Shown here: one piece after another, positions 1-8,596 of the stretch
How positions within the stretch are numbered: position 1 is the first letter of the stretch
Layout of the letters: each line of letters begins with the position of its first letter
Assembly (NCBI GenBank): GCA_963675915.1
Contig: OY780959.1
Span: 510,001-542,000, forward strand
Length of the DNA stretch: 32,000 nucleotides
From: Coprobacillaceae bacterium
GTDB taxonomy: Bacteria > Bacillota_I > Bacilli_A > Erysipelotrichales > Coprobacillaceae
Direction of reading: 5' to 3'
Position numbers and translations under genes: made by a program
Notes under the pieces: generated by a model
Database searches by the model: none
Seen by the model: the letters and a program-made list of their open reading frames with translations, nothing else
Told to the model about the DNA's origin: nothing

Positions 1-416
1 GGAATGGCTTGAGTTATGATCGAACCGAGGGCGATATGACGACTCCGGGTGGTTATTATCGAGTTGGTCTTGCTTTTGGTATCGCAGAGGATCCCGGGTG
101 TATCCAGGGATATCATCAGGTGACTCCTTATGATTACTGGTTGGGATCAAACGACAAATATTACAATCAACTGGTAGATGTCCGGAACGGCGAATATGAT
201 CTTAGCGGTTCGGAGCATTTGATTGACTATAAAAGTGCTTATGCATATTCTTTGGATATCGGCTACAATCCCGATGGAGTCATTGGAAAAGGATCAGCGA
301 TTTTCCTGCATTGCTCGACTGGAGGAAACACGGCAGGATGTGTTTCAATCGCCGAGGATTACATGGCCAGACTTCTTCGCAATTTGAGAAGTGATACGAT
401 TATTTATATTCACTAA
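1..416 (+). CDS. L,D-transpeptidase-like (YkuD/ErfK catalytic domain) protein, 5' end outside window
   Basis: The frame is open from base 3, so the TTG at 9 in the ORF track is probably internal. The C-terminal AIFLHCSTGGNTAGCVSI resembles the His...Gly-Cys active-site signature of L,D-transpeptidase catalytic domains. Confidence 0.6.
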   Translation, partial: NGLSYDRTEGDMTTPGGYYRVGLAFGIAEDPGCIQGYHQVTPYDYWLGSNDKYYNQLVDVRNGEYDLSGSEHLIDYKSAYAYSLDIGYNPDGVIGKGSAIFLHCSTGGNTAGCVSIAEDYMARLLRNLRSDTIIYIH

Positions 417-428
417 CTATAATACAAA

Positions 429-486
429 AAGATCTCTACTTTCATAGATAACGCTTTATTTGCGTTGTCTACTTTAGAGAGATCTT
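429..486. terminator. Possible bidirectional terminator region between convergent genes
   Basis: AGATCTCT (430-437) pairs with AGAGATCT (478-485). These arms enclose an inner hairpin, AGATAACGC (446-454) with GCGTTGTCT (462-470). There is no clean T-run. Confidence 0.3.
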
Positions 487-517
487 ATCAAAGGCAAGTT
501 TATTTATAATCGGTACT

Positions 518-1276
518 TTATACGCAAGTATAACCACCATCTATAGGAAGCATGATTCCAGTAACATAAGCAGCTTCGTCACTGGCCAAGAAGATAGCGC
601 CAGCGTTCAGTTCGCCTTCATTACCATAACGACCTAAAGGGACAGTTCCTTTCATATATGCTTGGAATTGTTCCGTATCCAAAGTTTCTTTGGTCAGTTC
701 AGTTGCAAAATAACCAGGGCAGATTGCGTTGCAAGTGATATTGTATTTTGCGAGTTCCGCAGCTACAGCGCGAGTGAAGTTGACAACTCCGCCTTTAGAA
801 GCATGGTAAGCTACAGTATCGATAGCGGTATTTCCAACCAGGCCATACATCGAAGCAATGTTGATGATGCGTCCCGAATTTTGTTTTTTCATGACATTGG
901 CAAAGGCACGGGTAACCAAGAATACGCTTTTTAAATCGACATCCATGGTGAAATCCCATTCTTCATCAGTCATTTCCAATACCCCGGCATTCTTAGCTGC
1001 TCCGGCATTGTTAACCAAGACATCGACTTTTCCGAATTCATCCTCTACAGCTTTGGCAGCGGCATTCACTGATTCGGTGTCAGTTACATCACACTTCAAA
1101 GTCAGACATTTTGTTCCTGATTCACCTAATTTTGCTGCCAGTTCATCAAGTTTTTCTTTACGACGAGCCATCAGGACCAAAGTCGCCCCTTGTTTGGCAA
1201 ATCCTGTTGCCATCTGAGCTCCCAAGCCTGAAGAAGCTCCGGTGATTACTACTACTTTACCTGTAAAATCAAACAT
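518..1276 (-). CDS. SDR-family NAD(P)-dependent oxidoreductase (3-oxoacyl-ACP reductase / gluconate 5-dehydrogenase-like)
   Basis: 252 aa with TGASSGLG cofactor motif, NNAG, and catalytic YHASK (YxxxK). GAGGAGG RBS upstream of the ATG. Confidence 0.9.
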   Translation of the reverse strand: MFDFTGKVVVITGASSGLGAQMATGFAKQGATLVLMARRKEKLDELAAKLGESGTKCLTLKCDVTDTESVNAAAKAVEDEFGKVDVLVNNAGAAKNAGVLEMTDEEWDFTMDVDLKSVFLVTRAFANVMKKQNSGRIINIASMYGLVGNTAIDTVAYHASKGGVVNFTRAVAAELAKYNITCNAICPGYFATELTKETLDTEQFQAYMKGTVPLGRYGNEGELNAGAIFLASDEAAYVTGIMLPIDGGYTCV

Positions 1277-1520
1277 ATTATACCTCCTCTCGTATAATAT
1301 GTTTGTAATCCTTAATTAATATTGATTCACTTAAGAATTGCATTAGTATCCTTTTTCTAAGATAATAGACTTGTTTTGAATGAAGGTTTTATTCCTCCTC
1401 CCTGTGGCTCACATGATGTCCACCTTGCGTAGACTTAATCCTTGATCCAAGCAGTCTTTATACCCGAATTAGTTTGATGCAGCGTTGTGGTTTCACTTCG
1501 TCTCCCCATTTACGAGGTTG

Positions 1521-1542
1521 CGTTTGTCTTGGTTTAGAGGTG
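1521..1542. repeat. Left arm of inverted repeat flanking the IS110 recombinase gene
   Basis: CGTTTGTCTTGGTTTAGAGGTG. Its reverse complement matches 3075-3096 at 21 of 22 positions. Confidence 0.85.
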
Positions 1543-1580
1543 CAATTCAAAACAGAATACATTGAAATGAGGTTCAGTTT

Positions 1581-2960
1581 ATGAATAACAGTTATGAATT
1601 ATTCGTTGGTATCGATGTCTCTAAAGGCAAGGCCGATGCTGCTATTATTTCTGTCAATCGTGATAGAAATATCAAGCCTAAATTCTTGAGAAAAAGAATT
1701 CAATTTAAGTTTTTGAAATCCGAATTGAATGATTTCCTGGCCACTGTCAGAAAATACATTGATTCAGATTGCAACCATGTGACTTATGCAATGGAAGTCA
1801 CTGGTGTTTATTCCGACAATATCTTCGAGTTCATCCATTCATCTTTAAACGACATTGAGGATGTATATCTACTTAACACCCAATATGTCAATAAATGGCG
1901 TGAATCTCATGATATCGGTAAGTCTGATCCACTGGATGCCCAGACAATTGCTTCAATAGTCTCATATGAATATGACGTTAAATATGTTCACAAAAACAAC
2001 ATAAATAATGAAAAAGGATATGCAGATTTGAAAGCAGTAGTGCATCGCCATGGCCAGGTAAAGAAAACTTATACTCAAGAAATTAACCGCCTCATTGCCC
2101 AATGCGAACGTTATTTCCCTGAACTTCAATATGTCTTCGAACCTAAGTCAGCAACATTTCTTGCTATCTTATCTTCATATCCTACGACACATGATATCAT
2201 AAACGCTTCAAGAATAGAAGTATTAGATATTGTTTTAAAAGCATCGAAAAACAGGACCAAATCAGATAAGGTAGATAAGCTGTTTGACCTTTGTCTTGAT
2301 TCGCTTGCTCCACGCAAAGTATCTGAGTCAATCAGATCCATAATCCAGGGCCAGGCGGCAGTCGTCATTGATATGAAGCGACAAATAAAAACTCTTGAAA
2401 AGATGATTAGAGAACTAGGTTCAACTAATCCGATGTTTGATAAACTGCAGACTTTGACAGGATGCGGTGATGTAACAGCGGCAACAGTAATTGCCGAAAC
2501 ATATGACATCAAACTTTTCAAAAACGCTGACAAATATGTTTCTTACATGGGGCTCGCCCCAAGAAACAAGCGCTCCGGAAGTTCAGTTGAAATCATGGGC
2601 AAGATTTCAAAAAAAGGTTCAAGATATCTTCGTCATGCCATATATATGATTGGAGAATTTGCCAGAAGACACAATCCAGTCCTCAAGGCATATTTCGAAA
2701 AGATCAAGAACGGGAACAAAAAACGCCATCGATTGGCAGTTGTGGCAGTAGCCAATAAAGTTGCCCGTTATATATATTCCATGATGAAGAAGCAAAGCAA
2801 ATTTGTAATCGAACATGATCATCTCATGAGATTACCGGAAGAAACCCGAAATACGTTCTTCCAAAGTATTACTACTCATATTCCCCTAAAGACCAGAAGG
2901 CAAATCTATCGTTACAGTGATGAAAATGGAGAAGTCCATAAATTCATCTATACAACATAA
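1581..2960 (+). CDS. IS110-family transposase/recombinase (DEDD RuvC-like N-domain plus Transposase_20 C-domain)
   Basis: 459 aa. N-terminal VGIDVSKGK, MEVTGVYS and DPLDAQTIA. C-terminal LTGCGDVTAATVIAE, MGLAPRNKRSGSS and GKISKKGSRYLR, typical of IS110/IS1111 enzymes. Confidence 0.92.
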   Translation: MNNSYELFVGIDVSKGKADAAIISVNRDRNIKPKFLRKRIQFKFLKSELNDFLATVRKYIDSDCNHVTYAMEVTGVYSDNIFEFIHSSLNDIEDVYLLNTQYVNKWRESHDIGKSDPLDAQTIASIVSYEYDVKYVHKNNINNEKGYADLKAVVHRHGQVKKTYTQEINRLIAQCERYFPELQYVFEPKSATFLAILSSYPTTHDIINASRIEVLDIVLKASKNRTKSDKVDKLFDLCLDSLAPRKVSESIRSIIQGQAAVVIDMKRQIKTLEKMIRELGSTNPMFDKLQTLTGCGDVTAATVIAETYDIKLFKNADKYVSYMGLAPRNKRSGSSVEIMGKISKKGSRYLRHAIYMIGEFARRHNPVLKAYFEKIKNGNKKRHRLAVVAVANKVARYIYSMMKKQSKFVIEHDHLMRLPEETRNTFFQSITTHIPLKTRRQIYRYSDENGEVHKFIYTT

Positions 2961-3074
2961 GCGAGCCTAATCTATAAGGAATCATTAAATGTAAGAGCTT
3001 CCAGTGATTAAAATCTGGCAGGTTGTTTTCAGTGCGCTCAAATTTATCCAAAAACAAGATTTTTATAGAGGATT

Positions 3075-3096
3075 CACCTCTAAACCAAGCCAAACG
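3075..3096. repeat. Right arm of inverted repeat flanking the IS110 recombinase gene
   Basis: CACCTCTAAACCAAGCCAAACG, the complement of 1521-1542 with one mismatch. Confidence 0.85.
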
Positions 3097-3482
3097 GCCA
3101 TTAATTGTCAAAAAAACCTAAATGAATATTCACTTAGTTACTTCTTGACATCTAATAGTTTGTCTAGTATTTTTCATTTACTGCTGTAATTTTAACATGC
3201 GGTATCAATTTGACAAGTAGGCACTAAAAAGTGCGCTAGTGCCCCAAAAGATACCATGGCCAATAATAGCGATAAATTATCCCTATGTGAAAATTTTATC
3301 ATTGTTAAAATGCCCCGTCAATGAGAATGTAAAGGTTTTCATAAATAGAAAATTTGAAACATTCCCCGTTTTTTTGAGTGTTATCCAAGGTCTTAAGTAT
3401 CGATAAGAGGATCTCGGGAGCCTGAAAATCCTTCGGTAAACCCCCTCTTGGTTACTCCATATTCTTGAAATATTTATTAATT

Positions 3483-3499
3483 CTTAAGAAAATCTTAAG
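3483..3499. repeat. CTTAAG-N5-CTTAAG motif, copy A
   Basis: CTTAAGAAAATCTTAAG is identical to 16746-16762 and differs by one base from 8047-8063. It lies just upstream of a -35/-10 promoter. Confidence 0.8.
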
Positions 3500-3503
3500 A
3501 TTA

Positions 3504-3532
3504 TTTACAATCAACGGTACATATGTTACAGT
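3504..3532 (+). promoter_or_regulatory. Putative sigma-A promoter of the lipoprotein gene
   Basis: TTTACA (3504-3509), a 17-nt spacer, then TGtTACAGT extended -10 (3524-3532), 31 nt upstream of the ATG at 3563. Confidence 0.4.
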
Positions 3533-3562
3533 GGTTCTAGTTTATGGATAAAGAGGGAGACT

Positions 3563-4090
3563 ATGAAAATATGCAAATTGGTAATGACCGGTGGGTTATG
3601 TCTGGCCCTGACTGGCTGCAATCAGTCAAAACCCAATATTGACCCGATTGAATTGGGAGTAAGGACCATTGCGGATACACTTTTTGTTTATCCCAATCCG
3701 CAAGCCAAGGAGTTAGTTACAAAAAAAGGATTAACCACTCACGAAGCGTTGGTTACAGATGAGGATCTGGCTTACATGTTGATTGATAATATTGAAGATA
3801 TCAAAAGTGAAGTAGAAGCCGTTTGTAGCGAAGAAGGCGTCAATGATGTCTGGCAAATTTATCAGGCATATGAAATGTTTTACATTTGCCTGTTGAATGA
3901 TGAGTCGGCGTATCCTCAAGGAGTTGAAGTGACCAAGAAATCGGATACCTGGTATGATTTTACAATTGATGAATATGTGAGTTGGCAGGAAGAATCGATT
4001 CAAATCGACGGGAAAGTTACTGTGGATGGAGATATGATTGTCAATTTCCATTTTAATGATGGCTTCATGGCTGATTTTGTCACCAGATAA
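3563..4090 (+). CDS. Hypothetical lipoprotein
   Basis: 175 aa with an N-terminal signal peptide and lipobox LALTGC. AGAGGGAG RBS. Confidence 0.75.
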   Translation: MKICKLVMTGGLCLALTGCNQSKPNIDPIELGVRTIADTLFVYPNPQAKELVTKKGLTTHEALVTDEDLAYMLIDNIEDIKSEVEAVCSEEGVNDVWQIYQAYEMFYICLLNDESAYPQGVEVTKKSDTWYDFTIDEYVSWQEESIQIDGKVTVDGDMIVNFHFNDGFMADFVTR

Positions 4091-4120
4091 CAGTTCAAAT
4101 ATTACTTTTCAGGAGGTTTT

Positions 4121-4420
4121 ATGAGTATTTTTGCAGTGGCTTGCCTTTATAAAATTATCAGATTGTTAAAATTCCGGAATGCCCGGTACTACATTGAAAA
4201 AACGGTCAAGTCAGAAGACCGTGATGAGTTCATCAAAGTGGAGGTAAGCTGTTATCTTTGTTGGATCATTCTATTTATGCTTGGCGATGGATATAGCTAC
4301 TTTTTCATCGTGGGTCATTCAATCGATTGGATTGATGGCCTGTTTTTGGCATTATTGGCAGCGGCTATTGTCGCAGTCCAATTCTTTCGGTTCAAAGTTG
4401 AGCGCAAGATGTATTACTGA
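4121..4420 (+). CDS. Hypothetical small membrane protein
   Basis: 99 aa with an AGGAGG RBS and two to three hydrophobic segments. Confidence 0.6.
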   Translation: MSIFAVACLYKIIRLLKFRNARYYIEKTVKSEDRDEFIKVEVSCYLCWIILFMLGDGYSYFFIVGHSIDWIDGLFLALLAAAIVAVQFFRFKVERKMYY

Positions 4421-4591
4421 CAGTTTGAGTTGATTGCAAATAAGATGGTAACCGCTTGGATGAAAACTGTTATTCGGGCGGTTTTTTGGCAATTTTATTT
4501 CATCACTGTCGTTTTGACAAAAAATTGGCTATAATAGTTATAGGGAGACTATCGATGGTGATAAGTTAATCTAAATCAGCGAGGTGAGGAT

Positions 4592-4990
4592 ATGAACTCG
4601 AAATTCAATGAATTGACAATCCGGATTTCCAATGGTAATTCTTTGATTGGAAAAGGAAAACTGGAAGAAATAAACAAGAAGTTAATTGAGATTGGAATTC
4701 CCCGGGTCCGGATTTTCTGGTGTCTTTACAGCGATTACCTGGTCTTTGGAATTCACAGCAGCGATGAAAATGGCGACTATATCGAGTTTGTCAGCCAAGA
4801 GAGGCGAAGTGATTTTGAGGACTTTATCAATCAGATCAATATCTTGCTTGAAAATTACGAGGTGACCATCTGGATGATGTATGGCACGAGCGCGGGAAGC
4901 GAATATAACACTTATTTTAGCAATTACGGTACTGCCAAGGTCATCTGGCAAGATTCGCAAATTGAATACGAATTCGGCGATTATAATTAG
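4592..4990 (+). CDS. Hypothetical protein
   Basis: 132 aa with a GAGGTGAGG RBS. I recognise no family. Confidence 0.55.
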   Translation: MNSKFNELTIRISNGNSLIGKGKLEEINKKLIEIGIPRVRIFWCLYSDYLVFGIHSSDENGDYIEFVSQERRSDFEDFINQINILLENYEVTIWMMYGTSAGSEYNTYFSNYGTAKVIWQDSQIEYEFGDYN

Positions 4991-5086
4991 TTGATTGGAA
5001 GGTGATGTTATCATTCGTTTCTAAATATGAAAAATCATTGTTCAACCTTTGAATTTGGTTACAATATATTCAATGGAGGAACAGAC

Positions 5087-5887
5087 ATGAAAAAAATAGC
5101 GTTTTTTGATATTGACGGCACAATGGTGAATGTGCCTGAGGGAATGCATCATCCAACAAAAGAAACCAAACGGGTGCTCAGGGAATTCCAAAAACAGGGT
5201 AATTACATCGTGGTGGCTACAGCTCGAACCAAGGTTCCTGATAGTGTCAAGGAAATCGACTTTGACGGTTATATCTGCAGTGACGGCCACTATATCGAGT
5301 TTAAAAATGAAATTTTGGTTCATAATATCTTTACTGACGACCAAATCCAAATGCAACTTGAAATCTATGAAGAACATCATGGCAGCTGTTCATTAGGGGG
5401 CCATTCGGGAAGTTGGGTAAGTTCTTACAGTGATCCGTTTTTGAAAAAACATCATGCTATCTATTCCGGAACAGATGACCTTACTGGATTGGATCTGGTG
5501 ACAGACCACCTGGGGCAGATTCAAGCTAGCTCGGTGGCTGCGGTTTTTGGTACTGCTGAAGATATGTTTGCTGCCAAAGCGAAATTGCCGGCCAATTGGG
5601 CAATCACTGCATATGGTGATGATGATGACATCAGAATGGATGTCCATCTCGAAGGATTTTCCAAAGGGACGGCCTGTCAGTATTTGTACAATCATTTGAA
5701 GATCGAAACCGAACATACTTTCGCTTTTGGTGACGGGCACAATGATATCGAAATGCTGGAACTGGTTGGACACGGGATTGCCATGGGAAATGCATCTGAC
5801 GAAGTCAAAAAAAGCTCCGATTCTATTACGGATACCGTCAACAATGACGGAATCGCGAAGGCGTTCAGGGAATTTATGGGAATATAA
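5087..5887 (+). CDS. Cof-type HAD-IIB family hydrolase (sugar-phosphate phosphatase-like)
   Basis: FFDIDGTMV (motif I DxDGT) and GDGHNDIEM (motif IV). I take the start at ATG 5087, preceded by GGAGGA, rather than the ORF-track start at 5027. Confidence 0.9.
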   Translation: MKKIAFFDIDGTMVNVPEGMHHPTKETKRVLREFQKQGNYIVVATARTKVPDSVKEIDFDGYICSDGHYIEFKNEILVHNIFTDDQIQMQLEIYEEHHGSCSLGGHSGSWVSSYSDPFLKKHHAIYSGTDDLTGLDLVTDHLGQIQASSVAAVFGTAEDMFAAKAKLPANWAITAYGDDDDIRMDVHLEGFSKGTACQYLYNHLKIETEHTFAFGDGHNDIEMLELVGHGIAMGNASDEVKKSSDSITDTVNNDGIAKAFREFMGI

Positions 5888-5888
5888 T

Positions 5889-5922
5889 AAAAAATGCGAT
5901 TCCAAAAAGGATCGCATTTTTA
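5889..5922. terminator. Bidirectional intrinsic terminator between convergent HAD and ppnP genes
   Basis: A-run, ATGCGAT (5894-5900) pairing with ATCGCAT (5911-5917), then a T-run. Confidence 0.65.
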
Positions 5923-5933
5923 TATCGGAATGA

Positions 5934-6242
5934 CTATTTGTATGAACAGCAGTAATCAGCATAAGTTTTGACTACTACCTGGAATTTTGAGTTTTCAGGG
6001 ACTACAAAACTGCTTCCTTTAGCGAAAGTAGTGAAAGTGTCTTCACCAGGCAGGCTAATATCCATTTCACCGCCAAGTACTTCCATCAGCTCCTCGGCAG
6101 CGGTTGCGAATTCATATTCTCCTGGAAGCATGAATCCCAAAGTTTTTCTTTCTCCGTCTTTGAAGAAGATTGTTCTGCTTGTCACTTTTCCATCAAAGTA
6201 CACATTGGCCTCTTTGATGATATCTACGTTTTCAAATTTCAT
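5934..6242 (-). CDS. ppnP: Pyrimidine/purine nucleoside phosphorylase PpnP (DUF1255/UPF0345)
   Basis: 102 aa. [18 protein letters not shown] and the C-terminal DYCCSY pattern are typical of the PpnP/YaiE family. Confidence 0.8.
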   Translation of the reverse strand: MKFENVDIIKEANVYFDGKVTSRTIFFKDGERKTLGFMLPGEYEFATAAEELMEVLGGEMDISLPGEDTFTTFAKGSSFVVPENSKFQVVVKTYADYCCSYK

Positions 6243-6454
6243 TATATTGATTCCTCTCTCTTTTTGATCGGTGATTCCACCTCAATCATTATACTTCGAA
6301 AATTTGGTTTTTCCAAGAATAACTCATCAAATTATCGTATTTTAAGATATATTTACAGTTTTAATGATTAATCGCTCCTGAGGATTTTCATTATAATTGG
6401 AATCGAGTGGTACTGCGCAAGCAAATAATGATATAATTGATTAAAGTAGGGGGG

Positions 6455-8032
6455 ATGAATTTGAAAACATTAGCGGTAATTGGAAGCAGTGGCGGCAATC
6501 TATTTTATCAGGGAGGCAATAACCCCGAGGAGATGATTGGCGAGCTAAAAGCTCAGGCTCAAGTGGCAAAAATAAAAATCGGATTCGTTCAATATATCCA
6601 GGCTTCAAGAACAATGGACAATATCTCTTTGGATACCAAGGCGAAACTGATTGGCTTGGGCGAAAATGATGAGTTGATCGCTTCAGCTATGCAGGCTTTA
6701 AGTGAAATAAACAACCTGGCCCATAAAAGCGATGAACTTTTGGCTGGTATGATTATGACTGGTGAAATTGACGGATTGATTTTGATGAGCTGCGATCCTG
6801 AAGGAGCCAATAAAATGGCTTTAAAAGCCGCCGTGACTATGAACATCCCGGTTGCCGGTACCGGAGGGACCTCAATGGCCCAAGTCCAGGCGCTGGGGGG
6901 CAATGTCATTGCCACCTCGGGAACAACCGGGACAACCAACCGGACCCGGGAAATCTCGGCGATTACGGCTTTTGCCCGACAGTGGAGGCTAAAATATCGT
7001 CCGGTTATTGGCACAAACATCAAAGGTGACCAAGGTCTGGCTGCCCGCTGGAAGCAAATCAGCATCCACGGCATCATGATGGCAGCAATGCCGGCTTTCA
7101 TTGCACTGTCTTTGGTTTCAGCCTTGGTTAGAATACCGATGTTTGAACAATTCAGCCCGGTTTTCACCTTGATGCGCTACGCTTTACCAGTTATCATTGC
7201 AGCAATTGGAGCCAAGCAAGTTTCCGGACTTGATGAAATCGGGATTATCAGTGGAGTGATTGCAGGAATTCTACTTGGAGAAGGGGGAATAATCGGCGGA
7301 CTGATTGTCGGAATCATCGCCGGGATCCTGGCCAATTTGATCATTACCATATCCGTGCGATTCCAGGTGCCTGGAACTACTGCCAATATTGCAGCTGGAG
7401 GGATTTCCGGGTTGGTCGCGGGAGCAGGTGGGTTTGGATTGATTACCCCTTGGTCGGCCCAATTGGCTGACTGGATCAGATCCCTTTTGAATTTGGCTGT
7501 TTTGGATTATGGTTTGCTTACGGGCGCAATTTTTGGATTTATCATCTGGTATTCAATCATTAAGGGGGTTTACCACGCTGTTATCTTACCATTGATTATG
7601 TTGGAAATGGAAGCAACTGGATTTAGTTTTGTCGGCTGCATCGATATGATCTGCCTGGTAGTTGTCTGCGCTGGAATCCAACTGGGAAATATCATCAAAC
7701 CAAGACAACAATTCGAGCGAGAGGTATCCAAGCGCAATCTCCTGATCAATCTGGTTTTTGGAACCTACGTCGAAGCGGCTTATCCTTACATCCTGTCCAA
7801 TCGAAAAATGTTTTACGGGACAATCGGTGCCGCCACCCTGGCGGGACTTGCAGTTGGCTATCTGGGAATTAAAAGCACGGCTTATGTGCCGGTAATTCTG
7901 GCGCCGCTGCTAACCAATCTTGCAAAAAGTGGGTCCATGCTGATTGCCATAGTAGTTGCTTTATTGGGAACCACTCTAATCACTATTATCATTAACGTTA
8001 GTGACAAGATGCGGGATTACAGCCAAAAATAA
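6455..8032 (+). CDS. Multi-pass membrane protein with about 190-aa N-terminal soluble domain (putative transporter, family not recognised)
   Basis: The N-terminus resembles a Rossmann-like start (LAVIGSSGGN, IPVAGTGGTS). It is followed by many Gly-rich hydrophobic helices. The start could be ATG 6455 or TTG 6461, and the latter has better spacing from the GGGGGG RBS. Confidence 0.75.
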   Translation: MNLKTLAVIGSSGGNLFYQGGNNPEEMIGELKAQAQVAKIKIGFVQYIQASRTMDNISLDTKAKLIGLGENDELIASAMQALSEINNLAHKSDELLAGMIMTGEIDGLILMSCDPEGANKMALKAAVTMNIPVAGTGGTSMAQVQALGGNVIATSGTTGTTNRTREISAITAFARQWRLKYRPVIGTNIKGDQGLAARWKQISIHGIMMAAMPAFIALSLVSALVRIPMFEQFSPVFTLMRYALPVIIAAIGAKQVSGLDEIGIISGVIAGILLGEGGIIGGLIVGIIAGILANLIITISVRFQVPGTTANIAAGGISGLVAGAGGFGLITPWSAQLADWIRSLLNLAVLDYGLLTGAIFGFIIWYSIIKGVYHAVILPLIMLEMEATGFSFVGCIDMICLVVVCAGIQLGNIIKPRQQFEREVSKRNLLINLVFGTYVEAAYPYILSNRKMFYGTIGAATLAGLAVGYLGIKSTAYVPVILAPLLTNLAKSGSMLIAIVVALLGTTLITIIINVSDKMRDYSQK

Positions 8033-8040
8033 CAAATAGT

Positions 8041-8075
8041 GAAGATTCTTAAGGAAATCTTAAGAATCTTTTTTT
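8041..8075 (+). terminator. Intrinsic terminator (contains CTTAAG-N5-CTTAAG motif copy B at 8047-8063)
   Basis: 12-bp perfect stem, AAGATTCTTAAG with CTTAAGAATCTT, a GAAAT loop, then T8. Confidence 0.8.
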
Positions 8076-8108
8076 GATTTAAATGATATAATATCCATAT
8101 CCAGAGAA

Positions 8109-8358
8109 ATGATGGCTTATGATGCAAATGTAGATGAAAATTGTAATTACTACACTTATCGTGATAATTCTATTCTGGTAGGTGAGGCACCTGATAATCA
8201 AATCGTCAATTAGCTTGGTGACACATGCCACGGATTTGCCTGTGTACGTATTGGGAAATCAACCATTTGCGTTCAAGCAAATAATCATTCAAACCAAAAT
8301 TGCACAGAATGAGGAAGGTTACATCCAACTGGATCAAGACTTTAACGCAATTTCTTGA
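8109..8358 (+). pseudogene. Possible frameshifted small gene remnant
   Basis: An extended -10 (TGaTATAAT, 8083-8091) is followed by a 34-codon ORF (8109-8213). This overlaps a +1-frame ORF (GTG 8182-8358) that ends inside a hairpin/T-run at 8344-8373. I recognise no family. Confidence 0.25.
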
Positions 8359-8550
8359 AGAAATGGCGTTTTTAATTCTTTGTTAATTAACCAAAAGTGG
8401 TAAATTAGCAGGTGAAAGATGAAATATATTGTTATCAATATCGTTTAATATATATTTCAAAGAATGTGTCATAAGGAACAATGACTGGTTATCGATATTT
8501 AACCTATGACATGTTACAATTGTTGCACTCGATTAGGGGGAGGGGAACTT

Positions 8551-8596
8551 ATGTTTTTATTCAATTTCAGAGAAGTCATCGCAACTTATTCTTATG
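8551..8596 (+). pseudogene. 5' fragment of small gene split by IS1595 insertion
   Basis: ATG 8551 follows a GGGGGAGGGG RBS. The frame runs into the IS end and stops at 8599. It joins in frame with 9750-9973 once the IS and one TSD copy are removed. Confidence 0.8.
8589..8596. repeat. Target-site duplication TTCTTATG (left) of IS1595-family element
   Basis: Identical 8-mer at 9742-9749, immediately outside the IS inverted repeats. Confidence 0.85.

Larger units (their letters stand above)
1521..3096 (+). mobile_element. IS110-family insertion sequence (minimal extent defined by flanking inverted repeat; true ends uncertain)
   Basis: Contains the IS110-type recombinase ORF bracketed by a 21/22-nt inverted repeat. 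The true element ends probably lie further out and cannot be fixed without an empty-site comparison. Confidence 0.7.

Noticed and set aside
662-1217. Two + strand ORFs (662-934 and 858-1217) overlapping the SDR gene
   Set aside because: They are antisense shadows of a well-supported 252-aa SDR CDS. They have no RBS and a low-complexity Ser/Ala/Phe composition.
2126-2822. Minus-strand ORFs inside the IS110 recombinase gene
   Set aside because: They lie entirely within, and antisense to, a confidently identified CDS. They have no RBS and no recognisable domain.
3004-3189. 61-aa ORF starting with GTG in the IS110 right flank
   Set aside because: It has no RBS and spans the inverted-repeat arm and a promoter-like sequence. 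The region is more likely non-coding.
5042-6267. Several alternative-frame or antisense ORFs over the HAD hydrolase and ppnP genes
   Set aside because: They overlap CDSs with clear family motifs, lack RBSs, and have unusual composition.
6589-7462. Minus-strand ORFs (192, 69 and 63 aa) within the 531-aa membrane protein gene
   Set aside because: They are antisense shadows in the most GC-rich part of the gene, where Pro/Ser/Ala-rich translations are typical of the wrong frame.
8383-8393. TTAATTAACCA, an 11-nt match to the core of the IS1595 left inverted repeat, 200 bp outside the element
   Set aside because: It is too short and AT-rich to call a solo IR or remnant, and nothing IS-like surrounds it.
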